A DNA stretch of 64,000 bases from Patescibacteria group bacterium (GTDB lineage Bacteria > Patescibacteriota > Patescibacteriia > UBA10025 > JAHIVO01), in NCBI GenBank assembly GCA_043808365.1, contig JAZDEZ010000003.1:2628-66627 (forward strand). The letters are read 5' to 3'. How positions within the stretch are numbered: position 1 is the stretch's first letter; the number at the start of each line of letters is the position of its first letter. The translations under genes were made by a program, and so were the position numbers. A model generated the notes under the pieces. It did not search any database and was not told the origin of the DNA. It was given only the letters and a program-made list of their open reading frames with translations. Shown here one piece after another: positions 9,267 through 17,692 of the stretch.

Positions 9267-9289
9267 CCTTCCGCGAATTAACGGGAAGG
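9267..9289 (-). promoter_or_regulatory. Leader hairpin sequestering the SD-like GGAAGG of the transposase
   Basis: On the minus strand, CCUUCC-11 nt-GGAAGG ends 10 nt before the ATG at 9256. IS200 tnpA is known to be repressed by an RBS-occluding stem-loop. Confidence 0.4.
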
Positions 9290-9300
9290 TTGATGTTTAC

Positions 9301-9328
9301 AGCCTAGCACACTCACTCGCTATGTCAA
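9301..9328 (-). promoter_or_regulatory. Predicted promoter TTGACA-N16-TAGGCT
   Basis: Hexamers at 9323-9328 and 9301-9306 on the minus strand, upstream of the transposase. Confidence 0.35.
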
Positions 9329-9361
9329 ATGCAAAAGACTGGCCAACTGACCTCACGCATG

Positions 9362-9406
9362 TATTCGTATTATTTAAATAGTATTCGTAAAAATATAATA
9401 TTCGTA
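9362..9406 (-). promoter_or_regulatory. Three copies of the TACGAATA motif
   Basis: Exact TATTCGTA at 9362, 9382 and 9399 on the plus strand. They lie directly downstream (minus sense) of the terminator at 9409-9439. Confidence 0.45.
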
Positions 9407-9408
9407 AT

Positions 9409-9439
9409 AATAAAAGCGGAGATCACGTGTATCTCCGCC
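9409..9439 (-). terminator. Intrinsic terminator after the 74-aa ORF
   Basis: GCGGAGAT-acacgtg-ATCTCCGC followed by UUUUAUUAUU on the minus strand. Confidence 0.65.
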
Positions 9440-9453
9440 TATAAATATGGTGA

Positions 9454-9678
9454 CTACCCACCGAGGTGAGGCGAATTCTGATCCCGTGACGGCATGAAAA
9501 AATTATTGCCGTCAACCTGCCTGACGAATATACCTGGCGAAGCACTGCTCTCGATGAGAGCCAGATTTCCTGACATGGATGTTATTGTGCCCTTGGCGTT
9601 TTCGCCATCGATGCCAGCTGGGAAGTTTACCACCTTCCCTGGTGTGAAACTCGGCATTCGGGTTTTATCACCGCTCAT
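9454..9678 (-). CDS. Hypothetical small protein (74 aa)
   Basis: The ORF is bracketed by its own predicted promoter and terminator. No motif was recognised. Confidence 0.4.
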   Translation of the reverse strand: MSGDKTRMPSFTPGKVVNFPAGIDGENAKGTITSMSGNLALIESSASPGIFVRQVDGNNFFMPSRDQNSPHLGG

Positions 9679-9833
9679 ATTATCCCCTCAATCTACTCTG
9701 ACTGTGTGAGGTTAAATTGTTAAAAGTACAAGCATCCTAGCCTGCCAAGTCGAAAATAATTTAACGCCTGTCCTATGCCTCCTTTCCTTTTCGGCGCTTG
9801 AATTAATTCAAACTTGAAAGGTTAACTATTACC

Positions 9834-9862
9834 ATTCTACCTATCCTTGCCAAAAATGTCAA
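9834..9862 (-). promoter_or_regulatory. Predicted promoter TTGACA-N17-TAGAAT
   Basis: Hexamers at 9857-9862 and 9834-9839 on the minus strand. Confidence 0.4.
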
Positions 9863-9906
9863 GCGCTGTATCTAAAAATATGTTTGGTCAAACGGTTAAA
9901 TCCATG

Positions 9907-9934
9907 TATTCGTATTGTCATTAATATATTCGTA
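9907..9934 (-). promoter_or_regulatory. Two copies of the TACGAATA motif
   Basis: Exact TATTCGTA at 9907 and 9927. The flanks UUUUAUUAUUACGAAUAU and AAUACGAAUACAUG are shared with the 9362-9406 module. Confidence 0.45.
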
Positions 9935-9939
9935 ATAAT

Positions 9940-9970
9940 AAAAAACCGCCGCTGTGTTTCAAGCGACGGC
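9940..9970 (-). terminator. Intrinsic terminator after glmS
   Basis: A 7-bp stem CCGUCGC/GCGGCGG with a U6 tail on the minus strand. Confidence 0.6.
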
Positions 9971-9996
9971 TATTGATCAATAATATGACAGTGCCC

Positions 9997-11979
9997 TCAT
10001 TCAACTGTCACAGATTTAGCCAGATTGCGGGGTTTATCAGGATCAAAGCCTTTCAGGACAGCCACTTCATATGCCAAAAGCTGCAGTACGATCATTATCA
10101 GAATAGGTGTCAGATGTCCGACAGTTTTTGGAATCTCAATTACCCATTCTGCTAAACGGCGAATTTCAGTATCACCTGTACTGACGACGGCGATGATGCG
10201 GCCGTGTCGGGCTGCAACCTCCTTGGCGTTAGAAACAATCTTCTCATACGTTAATGACTTTTCAACGTCCTGGGGAGCGATAATAACGACAGGCATATTC
10301 GTGTCAATCAAGGCGATCGGGCCGTGTTTCATTTCCGCAGCTGAATACCCTTCTGCATGGATGTAGGAAATTTCTTTCATCTTCAAGGCTGCTTCAAAAG
10401 CAGATGCATACAGATATCCTCGGCCAAGGAAAAGAAAGTTCGGCAGCCGCCAAAATATCCTGGCAATTTTCTGGACAATCCCCTGCGGTTGGCTAAGCAC
10501 ATGTGGGATCGGGAATCCGAGCCACCGGAGGCACGTCAAGAACTTTGCGTACAACCCAGTGGGACAGCGATCTGTCCGAACCATAGGGTACACTTGGTTG
10601 ATTACCCGTTTCACATTGGCCGGTAATTCCAAAAGTTCATCAACGATTTTATCGAAATCAGCGTCGGAAATCCTGGGTTGACCGTTTGGCAACGGCTGAC
10701 GTTCATCCATAAACTTGGATAGGCCAAGATTTAAGATTGATAACGCCACTACCTGACATGTAAATGACTTCGTCGATGCGACGCCGATTTCCGGTCCGGC
10801 ATGCATATAGATGCCGCCATCTACCATGCGAGCGATAGATGAACCGACTACATTCACGATACCGAAGGTGTATGCCCCCATTTCTTTTGCCAGTTTGAGG
10901 CCGGCCTTTGTGTCCTCCGTCTCGCCTGACTGTGAAATAGCGATGCATAAGGTATTCGGCGGCAAGAAAGGATCACGATACCGAAATTCAGACGCCTGTT
11001 CACAAGTAACCGTGATCCGTAAAATTCGCTCCATCAATATGGCAGCGATAAGACCGGCGTGCCATGATGTGCCGCAAGCCAGGATTTTGATTGAATCGAT
11101 CCGAGGCATGCTTTCAGGGAACCCGTTCTCCAAACAACGCAAATGGACACTGTGCACGCCCGACCGTACCCGTCCAGCCAGCGTACGGATGATTGCTTCT
11201 GGTTGTTCAAAGATTTCCTTGAGCATGAAGTGGTCGTACCCTTCTTTCTCGATCATGTCGAGAGTCAGATTCACTTCCACGATCCGTGCATCCACCCGTT
11301 CATTGTTCAGAGTAGTAATACTGTTCGTATCAGGAGTGATAGACGCTATTTCTCCATCTTCGAGATATACCAATTTATTGGTATGCCCAATGATAGCGGA
11401 TGCGTCAGAAGCGACGAAATATTCGCCAATACCCTGACCGATGACGAGCGGGGATCCTTTACGTGCCGCGACAATGAGGCCAGGTTGAGCCGTAGACTCA
11501 ACAGCGATCCCATACGTACCGTCAACCATCAGCAATGCCTGCCGAACGGCTTCGGTAAGGTCGCCATGGTACATGTAACCTATGAGTAGCGCCAGAATAG
11601 CTGAGTCATTCTCGCCAGCATACGAAACACCACGGTCTGTCAGCCAGGCTTTTAGTGTCCCGTCATTTTCTATAATGCCATTATGGACAAGGGCAATAGT
11701 GCCATCATCGCTAAGATGGGGATGACAGTTTACTTCGTTTGGCTCACCATGGGTGGCCCAGCGGGTGTGTGCAATTCCATATGTACTAGAATTGCTGTTG
11801 ATGTTGAGTTTTTCACTTAAGGCCGCAATCTTGCCAACAGATTTGCGCAACCAAAAGCCCTCGCTAGAGACTAAGGCAATCCCGGCTGAGTCATAACCGC
11901 GGTATTCCAGACGTTTCAGGCCATCCATGAGGATGGGCAAGGCCTGACGTCGACCGACATACCCAATTATTCCGCACAT
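9997..11979 (-). CDS. glmS: Glutamine--fructose-6-phosphate aminotransferase
   Basis: 660 aa with the MCGIIGY N-terminal nucleophile and a C-terminal ...LKMKEISYIHAEGY...KPRNLAKSVTVE. It is about 50 aa longer than E. coli GlmS as I recall it. Confidence 0.95.
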   Translation of the reverse strand: MCGIIGYVGRRQALPILMDGLKRLEYRGYDSAGIALVSSEGFWLRKSVGKIAALSEKLNINSNSSTYGIAHTRWATHGEPNEVNCHPHLSDDGTIALVHNGIIENDGTLKAWLTDRGVSYAGENDSAILALLIGYMYHGDLTEAVRQALLMVDGTYGIAVESTAQPGLIVAARKGSPLVIGQGIGEYFVASDASAIIGHTNKLVYLEDGEIASITPDTNSITTLNNERVDARIVEVNLTLDMIEKEGYDHFMLKEIFEQPEAIIRTLAGRVRSGVHSVHLRCLENGFPESMPRIDSIKILACGTSWHAGLIAAILMERILRITVTCEQASEFRYRDPFLPPNTLCIAISQSGETEDTKAGLKLAKEMGAYTFGIVNVVGSSIARMVDGGIYMHAGPEIGVASTKSFTCQVVALSILNLGLSKFMDERQPLPNGQPRISDADFDKIVDELLELPANVKRVINQVYPMVRTDRCPTGLYAKFLTCLRWLGFPIPHVLSQPQGIVQKIARIFWRLPNFLFLGRGYLYASAFEAALKMKEISYIHAEGYSAAEMKHGPIALIDTNMPVVIIAPQDVEKSLTYEKIVSNAKEVAARHGRIIAVVSTGDTEIRRLAEWVIEIPKTVGHLTPILIMIVLQLLAYEVAVLKGFDPDKPRNLAKSVTVE

Positions 11980-12028
11980 ACGTGCCTCCTATTCTTGATA
12001 TATTGTTCATGAACTATTTTTCTATTTT

Positions 12029-12772
12029 TTACGGAAGCGCGTTCCATAAATATTCAAAAATCATTTTGTTTGTCTGGTATAGGCCTGGATCAGCGATAAT
12101 CATGCCGATCGGCTGTTTATCCTTGTCCAATGAAATCAAGCCTAATTTCTTTTGGTAAATGATCATATACGTCGGCGAGCCTTCGGTTTTAGTCAGCCAC
12201 TTTCGTTCATCGAGTCCCCATAGTTGTCCGCCAGAACCGAGGGCAATTACTTTACAGCGGATTTTACGCTTGACTCGCTCTTTTGCGAAATTCGGGAAAC
12301 CTTCGTACAAATGCTGTCGGATATCAGAAGCCGAATATACATAATACTCTTTTTCGTTCGTTTCCGACATGACATCAAGCACATCGCTTAAAACAGTTTT
12401 AATGCCCTTGGCTCCCTGGTAGTACTTGACTACCGGCTTATCCTCGGCGCGGTCGTACACCGATTTCAATTCCGGAATAATCGATTCAACCGCTGTTTTT
12501 GATTCTTCCAGCTCGTGGATCCGGTCATGGAGAAATTTTTTAAGTTTTTCCGGATCCTCAGCCAGAAAATATTGGCGCTTATCCTGATGGTAATAACTGG
12601 CCAAGCCACGTTTTATTAAAAACTTCAGAATATCATAAGTCGTGCCCCGGTTTACCTGAGCCGCGGCTGCCAATGTCCGAACAGAAGAAGGCCCAGCATT
12701 CAGTAACGCCAGGTATATTTGGGCTTCCTTATCAGACAAGCCTAATTGTTTGAGTATTGCCGCGAATGACAT
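12029..12772 (-). CDS. TrmB-family transcriptional regulator
   Basis: The N-terminal winged HTH LGLSDKEAQIYLALLNAGPSSVRTLAAAAQVNRGTTYDILKFLIKRGL is typical of TrmB-like regulators. Confidence 0.75.
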   Translation of the reverse strand: MSFAAILKQLGLSDKEAQIYLALLNAGPSSVRTLAAAAQVNRGTTYDILKFLIKRGLASYYHQDKRQYFLAEDPEKLKKFLHDRIHELEESKTAVESIIPELKSVYDRAEDKPVVKYYQGAKGIKTVLSDVLDVMSETNEKEYYVYSASDIRQHLYEGFPNFAKERVKRKIRCKVIALGSGGQLWGLDERKWLTKTEGSPTYMIIYQKKLGLISLDKDKQPIGMIIADPGLYQTNKMIFEYLWNALP

Positions 12773-12868
12773 AGGTATGCATTAACTGCTTAGATTATAC
12801 CAGTATATGCCTGGTAGCATTTTTGTCAATTTATTTTCTACAATAAAACGCATAAATGATAATTAATA

Positions 12869-12880
12869 GCTAATATTAGC
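12869..12880. promoter_or_regulatory. Perfect 12-bp palindrome GCTAATATTAGC upstream of the TrmB-like gene
   Basis: The sequence is self-complementary and lies about 100 nt upstream of the regulator start. It is a candidate operator. Confidence 0.25.
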
Positions 12881-12902
12881 ATAATATAATATTATAAACT
12901 GT

Positions 12903-12932
12903 CAAAAAAAATAAGCCTTCCCATGGCTTATT
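12903..12932 (-). terminator. Intrinsic terminator after prfB
   Basis: ATAAGCC-augggaa-GGCTTAT followed by U8 on the minus strand. Confidence 0.7.
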
Positions 12933-12950
12933 TACTTATATAGTAAATAA

Positions 12951-14045
12951 CTAATTCTTACTGCTTCGCAAATACGATTCTATAAACTCCATAATGTTCC
13001 CGTCCAGCACTTTATCAACATCCTGCACCTCGAATTTTGTCCGATGATCTTTGACCATCTTATAAGGCTGGAGAACATACGAGCGGACCTGGTTGCCCCA
13101 GGCTGCTTCTTGATAGGCGCCGCGCAGTTCTCTTTTTTCCTTCTGCTGCTCCTCCAAATACCGGGCATGCAGCTTGGCCCTGAGGATTTTCAAGGCAGTT
13201 TCCTTGTTCTGCATCTGCGAGCGTTCATTCTGGCACGAAACAGTCAACCCAGTAGGTATATGAACGATACGAATTGCTGAGTACGTCGTATTCACCGACT
13301 GGCCGCCATGACCGGATGCCGTAGACGTCTCAATCCGCAATTCCTTGTCATCAATCTTCACTTCACTGATTTCTTCCAGCACCGGCAATACTTCCACCAA
13401 AGCAAATGAAGTGTGGCGCATTTTTTCCGCATCAAACGGCGAAATTCTGACCAAACGATGCACTCCCGCTTCAGCCTTCAAATAGCCATACGCGTATCGG
13501 CCGATTACTTCCATGGTGACGCTCTTGATCCCCGCTTCATTGCCCATGGACTTGTCCACGACTTTCACCAGCCACCCTTGGCGCTCGCAGAACCGTACAT
13601 ACATCCGTAACAGCATCGATGCCCAATCCTGGGCATCCACGCCGCCGGTCCCGGCATGAATTGCCACAATGGCATGATAAGCGTCATATTTGCCTGCCAG
13701 CATGATAAAAAACTCCAAGGATTGGAATTGGCCGGATAATTCTTCGCCACGTTTGGTAATTTCCGACTTTAGGGATTGCTCTCCTTCATGGTCCGAGGCG
13801 GACGCCAGCTCAATCAAATCACGCACCTCTTGGGCAATCTGGCTCCACTTGTCCAGGTCCTTCTTAAGTTCGTCGTGTTCTTGGGATTTTATTTTTGCCG
13901 CGGCCGGGTCATTCCAAAAATCCGACTTAGCCATGGCCATCTCAAGAAGCTTAAGCTTTTCACGAGTCTGGTCCAACTTCAAAATTGCCCAGGTACGGGA
14001 TATTTTTTCGCGCAAATCAATCAATTCGCCGATTAGTTCCTTCAT
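12951..14045 (-). CDS. prfB: Peptide chain release factor 2
   Basis: 364 aa with the SPF tripeptide (RISPFDA) and GGQ (SGHGGQSVN). The frame is continuous, with no internal in-frame TGA frameshift site. Confidence 0.95.
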   Translation of the reverse strand: MKELIGELIDLREKISRTWAILKLDQTREKLKLLEMAMAKSDFWNDPAAAKIKSQEHDELKKDLDKWSQIAQEVRDLIELASASDHEGEQSLKSEITKRGEELSGQFQSLEFFIMLAGKYDAYHAIVAIHAGTGGVDAQDWASMLLRMYVRFCERQGWLVKVVDKSMGNEAGIKSVTMEVIGRYAYGYLKAEAGVHRLVRISPFDAEKMRHTSFALVEVLPVLEEISEVKIDDKELRIETSTASGHGGQSVNTTYSAIRIVHIPTGLTVSCQNERSQMQNKETALKILRAKLHARYLEEQQKEKRELRGAYQEAAWGNQVRSYVLQPYKMVKDHRTKFEVQDVDKVLDGNIMEFIESYLRSSKN

Positions 14046-14130
14046 ATTCGTGACTATATTGTATCGTACAAAAGCTTTTCAGACAAACCCAAAAAAACCA
14101 CGCCAATGAGTATGGGATTATTAATAATTT

Positions 14131-14583
14131 TCAGGCGGCCTGCTTCTGGGTTTCCATTTCCTGCTGGGCTTTGAGGCCTTTTACGAACGCTTCATAAAAC
14201 TTCTGCACCGGACCGCCTGACATACGCGTATGGTCAAAAATTGTTTCAATAAATTCATGCTTTAGTTTTTTATTTTCATGACATTGCCTGACTTCGGACA
14301 ACAGCTCTTCTAATAAACCGTCAATATCAGCAATACCTGCGGATCGCAACACATCTTTTAATGATCTGATTATTTCCGTGAGTTTTGGACTGGCGGCTTC
14401 AATTTTCATTACTGTCCAGCCCTCGGCCTGGTACATCTTCATGTACTTATACAACGTTTCAAAATCATGCCGTCGAGTTTCGATGAGTTCACGGTCAATC
14501 TTTACTTCTTCCGGTGTTTTTGGAACATCGGGCAGCTTTTCCGGCGGTACGGATTGTGGAGCTGACTCAAGGTGATCATTCAT
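14131..14583 (-). CDS. Hypothetical protein (150 aa, acidic, helical)
   Basis: The ORF ends 14 nt upstream of the htrA-like start. No motif was recognised. Confidence 0.5.
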   Translation of the reverse strand: MNDHLESAPQSVPPEKLPDVPKTPEEVKIDRELIETRRHDFETLYKYMKMYQAEGWTVMKIEAASPKLTEIIRSLKDVLRSAGIADIDGLLEELLSEVRQCHENKKLKHEFIETIFDHTRMSGGPVQKFYEAFVKGLKAQQEMETQKQAA

Positions 14584-14597
14584 AAAGTTAAAAATAG

Positions 14598-15935
14598 TTA
14601 TTTAGCCTGCTCTAATTTCGCTGACACGGTCTTTTCGGTTCCGGCGTGGGATATTTTCAAGGTCACGCTATCACCAACGTTATATTTCTGCAACTCAGTG
14701 GCCAACGAATGGTCTTCGCTGATTTTCTGGCCATTCACCTCCAGGATGATGTCGTTCTCCACGATCCCGGCCTTGTCCGCCGGACTGCCGGGGATGACGG
14801 CAAATTCCGTTTGGTCATCGCCGCGGACAACCATCGCGCCATAATCTACGCTCAGCTTATTTTTTTCGGCCACATCACCGTTGATGATGACATATCGCAC
14901 GCCCAGGTATGGCCGGATAATAGTGCCGTTTTTCTTTACGCTTTCCACCGCATTTTTTACCTGGTTGATTGGGATGGCAAAACCGACCAATTGGCCCGAA
15001 CTATTGACAGCCGTATTGATGCCTACCACCTGTCCGGCCAAATCCAATAGCGGCCCGCCAGAATTACCAGAGTTGATCGCGGCATCCGTCTGGATGATAT
15101 CCTGGAGCGTCTCGGACTGGCCGGAGCCATCGCCGGCTGTGACTGTCCGTGATAGTCCAGATACGACCCCCTTAGTAACCGTATTCTGATACTGACCGAG
15201 CGCATTGCCAATGGCTATCACTGTTTGGCCGATTTGCAGCGCACTGGAATCGCCCAGCGTTAAAGTCGGCAAATCCTTCGCGTCAATCTTAACAATCGCC
15301 ACGTCATTGAACGGGTCAGTGGCTAAAACTTTGGCGCTGTATTTCTTGCCGTCATTCATGACCACGGTATATTCAGCGTCAGTAGTGCTGACCACGTGCT
15401 TATTCGTCATGATCATGCCATCCGACGAAATAATGAAACCGCTGCCGGCCCCGACCTCCTGCTGGCCCTGGGGCGGCGTGCCAAAATTGAACATGCCGAA
15501 CGGGAAAAGATCCGCCCCGGAGTTAGAATAAATTTTGCTCAAATCCTGGGTAATGACGATGCTGACTACGGCTGGACTGGACTTTTTCACCACGTCGATA
15601 GTGGCGGAATCTTCCGTCACCGACAAAGTCTGTGGAGTTATTGTACTGGCAGAAGTTACTGACGGAGTACTGTTGCGGCCGAGAATATTTTTTTGCACCC
15701 AGGATGAAACCGTGGAATCGGAGCTGGCCCACGCGCCAAATACCAAACCAGAAACCGCTCCGACCAGGATGCTTATTATTAATACGCCGATCGCTAAATT
15801 TCGCAGTTGACTGAAGGTCACCAGAGCTTCAGCCGCTGGTGGCTGGGGCAACGGGCCAGTGGAATTTGCGTTTCTGACTCCACGGCCATTACGCATTGAG
15901 CTTGATTCTGAAGATAAAGGTTCTTTCTTTTCCAT
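14598..15935 (-). CDS. htrA: HtrA/DegP-family serine protease with PDZ domain
   Basis: 445 aa with a TM anchor. It carries the trypsin-like catalytic motifs TNKHV, DVAIVKI and GNSGGPLLD, and a C-terminal PDZ-like segment. Confidence 0.9.
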   Translation of the reverse strand: MEKKEPLSSESSSMRNGRGVRNANSTGPLPQPPAAEALVTFSQLRNLAIGVLIISILVGAVSGLVFGAWASSDSTVSSWVQKNILGRNSTPSVTSASTITPQTLSVTEDSATIDVVKKSSPAVVSIVITQDLSKIYSNSGADLFPFGMFNFGTPPQGQQEVGAGSGFIISSDGMIMTNKHVVSTTDAEYTVVMNDGKKYSAKVLATDPFNDVAIVKIDAKDLPTLTLGDSSALQIGQTVIAIGNALGQYQNTVTKGVVSGLSRTVTAGDGSGQSETLQDIIQTDAAINSGNSGGPLLDLAGQVVGINTAVNSSGQLVGFAIPINQVKNAVESVKKNGTIIRPYLGVRYVIINGDVAEKNKLSVDYGAMVVRGDDQTEFAVIPGSPADKAGIVENDIILEVNGQKISEDHSLATELQKYNVGDSVTLKISHAGTEKTVSAKLEQAK

Positions 15936-15972
15936 ACTTTTTAATATTGATAAAATATATTATTATGATAAA

Positions 15973-16001
15973 ATTATCCAGATTTACATAAGGCATGTCA
16001 A
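15973..16001 (-). promoter_or_regulatory. Predicted promoter TTGACA-N17-GATAAT
   Basis: Hexamers at 15996-16001 and 15973-15978 on the minus strand, upstream of the htrA-like gene. Confidence 0.4.
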
Positions 16002-16005
16002 CCCA

Positions 16006-16075
16006 TTCGGCTCGCCTCGCGGCGAAGCGGGCGCCGCTCAGGGTTGATACTGAGCGCCGCCGAAGTATCAAGCTC
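16006..16075. repeat. GC-rich multi-hairpin intergenic element
   Basis: It contains nested and competing inverted repeats: TTGATACT/AGTATCAA, GGCGCTCAG/CTGAGCGGCGCC and TCGCC/GGCGA. It sits in otherwise AT-rich spacer DNA. Confidence 0.45.
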
Positions 16076-16109
16076 GTTCCTAAACACTAGTACACCGGGG
16101 CGCGCCTTT

Positions 16110-17036
16110 TTATTTCAATAATGTTTCCAAAGACACGATGCCATACCCCTGGCTTTTCAATTGAGCCACCAAATCCGGCACTATCTCCGCCGTGACCGAA
16201 TTACTGGCCTGCATAAGAATGATCGCGCCAGGCACGGCATTGTTCAGCACGCGGTCTTTTGATTGGGCTGCCGTGTAGTCTGACGACCAGTCCAGCGCGT
16301 CCACGGTCCAGGTGATCGGGCAATACCCGGCCTGTTTGACCGCGGCCACCACGTCAGCATCCGCTTCTCCATAAGGCGGCCGGAAAAAAGGTTTTGTTGA
16401 TTGGCCCGTGGCCTGGCCGATGGCCTGGTCTGCTTTTGACAATTGTTCCGCAATGCCTGAAGCCGGCAGATCATTGAAACGCGGATGGCTATAACTGAGA
16501 TTATAGACGGGAAAACCGTCATCGCTTATTTTCTTGATCATGGAGGAATTTAATTCGGCCACGTCACCACGGGCAAAAAACTCGGCGGTGACTTGGGCAG
16601 TTTTCAGGCCGTCCAGGACTGCCTGGATCTCCCCTTCCTTGGCCGTCCCGACATTGAAAGTCAGCGCGACCTGCTTCTGATCCGCTGACCCGCGCGACAT
16701 GACTTTCGTGCACGTCTCCAGGCTGAAACCGCTCGTCGATGCGGCGATGTTCACATTCACGTTAGCATCACTATTTATATTAGCAGGCGCGTTCGTATTA
16801 CCATTTGTATTGGAGTTTTGGTTTGTCGTATTCGTATTGGTATCAGCATTCGTACTGCTCAGTACCGCGTTGTCATTCGGCAAGGTCAGGGTCGGCGCCG
16901 GTTGATTGGAAAATATCGACCGTCCAATCAAAAAAACCACAAAAATGATGCCGCCGATAATCAGTATCCTGGTCCAATTAAACGCGGATCTTTCCCCGCG
17001 GGGGCGAAAACGCTGGTAGTGCTGATAATTTGCCAT
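16110..17036 (-). CDS. Polysaccharide (peptidoglycan/chitooligosaccharide) deacetylase, NodB-homology domain
   Basis: 308 aa with a TM anchor and an N/T-rich linker. These are followed by ALTFNVG...FFARG...LSYSHPRF...RPPYG motifs of the NodB family. Confidence 0.85.
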   Translation of the reverse strand: MANYQHYQRFRPRGERSAFNWTRILIIGGIIFVVFLIGRSIFSNQPAPTLTLPNDNAVLSSTNADTNTNTTNQNSNTNGNTNAPANINSDANVNVNIAASTSGFSLETCTKVMSRGSADQKQVALTFNVGTAKEGEIQAVLDGLKTAQVTAEFFARGDVAELNSSMIKKISDDGFPVYNLSYSHPRFNDLPASGIAEQLSKADQAIGQATGQSTKPFFRPPYGEADADVVAAVKQAGYCPITWTVDALDWSSDYTAAQSKDRVLNNAVPGAIILMQASNSVTAEIVPDLVAQLKSQGYGIVSLETLLK

Positions 17037-17091
17037 ATAAATCGTCTCCTTTCATCTCCATTATAACGTGATGCGCGTAAATAATAAAGAC

Positions 17092-17120
17092 ACAAAAAAT
17101 GCCGCCTATCTACGGCATTT
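17092..17120 (-). terminator. Intrinsic terminator closing the cobO operon
   Basis: ATGCCG-uagauagg-CGGCAU followed by a U6 run on the minus strand. Confidence 0.65.
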
Positions 17121-17133
17121 CTCTGTCGCGCTA

Positions 17134-17673
17134 TTAGATAAGCTGCGTTACTGCCTTTGACTCACTGCGTTTTCTCAACACATATCTGGCCACCTCAAAA
17201 ACTCCGAAAAATACCGTGACATAAAAAATATCCCCAAAAAACGTGTTCCGATAAAATGGGATGGCCATGATATAGCTCTGCACCAGACCAGCCAATGTTT
17301 TGCTGTAGAGCGGGGTGAATGCCCACACGGCAAAATTCGTAACAATATAAAACAGGACTGACCCGGCCACGGTGCCGGCCACGATCCGGCCGATATTTTT
17401 ATTCTGCCGCACCCACCAGCCAATCATGCCGACGAGCGCATAACATCCCCAAGTGAATAAAATGAGGCTGTGCCAGCCAATGATTGAGTCAGTCACGATC
17501 ATGGCCGCGAGCGGAATCAATACTCCCCACCGTGAACGGATATGCGTCCCGCAAAACAGCGCCAATGCGCCAACCGGAATGAAATTATACGGGTGCGGGA
17601 CCAAGCGCATGAGCACGGTTGCCATCACAAAAATAAGCACTGTTATACCGACGAACCATTGCTTATTTTTCAT
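17134..17673 (-). CDS. Small integral membrane protein (5-6 TM), candidate vitamin/B12 uptake component by context
   Basis: 179 aa. The N-terminal ...RLVPHPYNFIPVGALALFCG resembles solitary ECF S-component-like families as I remember them. The functional assignment comes only from operon context. Confidence 0.45.
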   Translation of the reverse strand: MKNKQWFVGITVLIFVMATVLMRLVPHPYNFIPVGALALFCGTHIRSRWGVLIPLAAMIVTDSIIGWHSLILFTWGCYALVGMIGWWVRQNKNIGRIVAGTVAGSVLFYIVTNFAVWAFTPLYSKTLAGLVQSYIMAIPFYRNTFFGDIFYVTVFFGVFEVARYVLRKRSESKAVTQLI

Positions 17674-17692
17674 ATGTTATTTTTGTGATTTA

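Noticed and set aside
11980-12028. A glmS ribozyme upstream of glmS.
   Set aside because: Only 49 nt separate glmS from the upstream gene, which is too short for the ~170-nt ribozyme. No conserved core was seen.
12951-14045. A programmed +1 frameshift site in prfB, or evidence of UGA recoding.
   Set aside because: The RF2 ORF is continuous from its ATG with no early in-frame TGA. TGA is also used as a genuine stop (for example in the transposase gene), so the code is standard.
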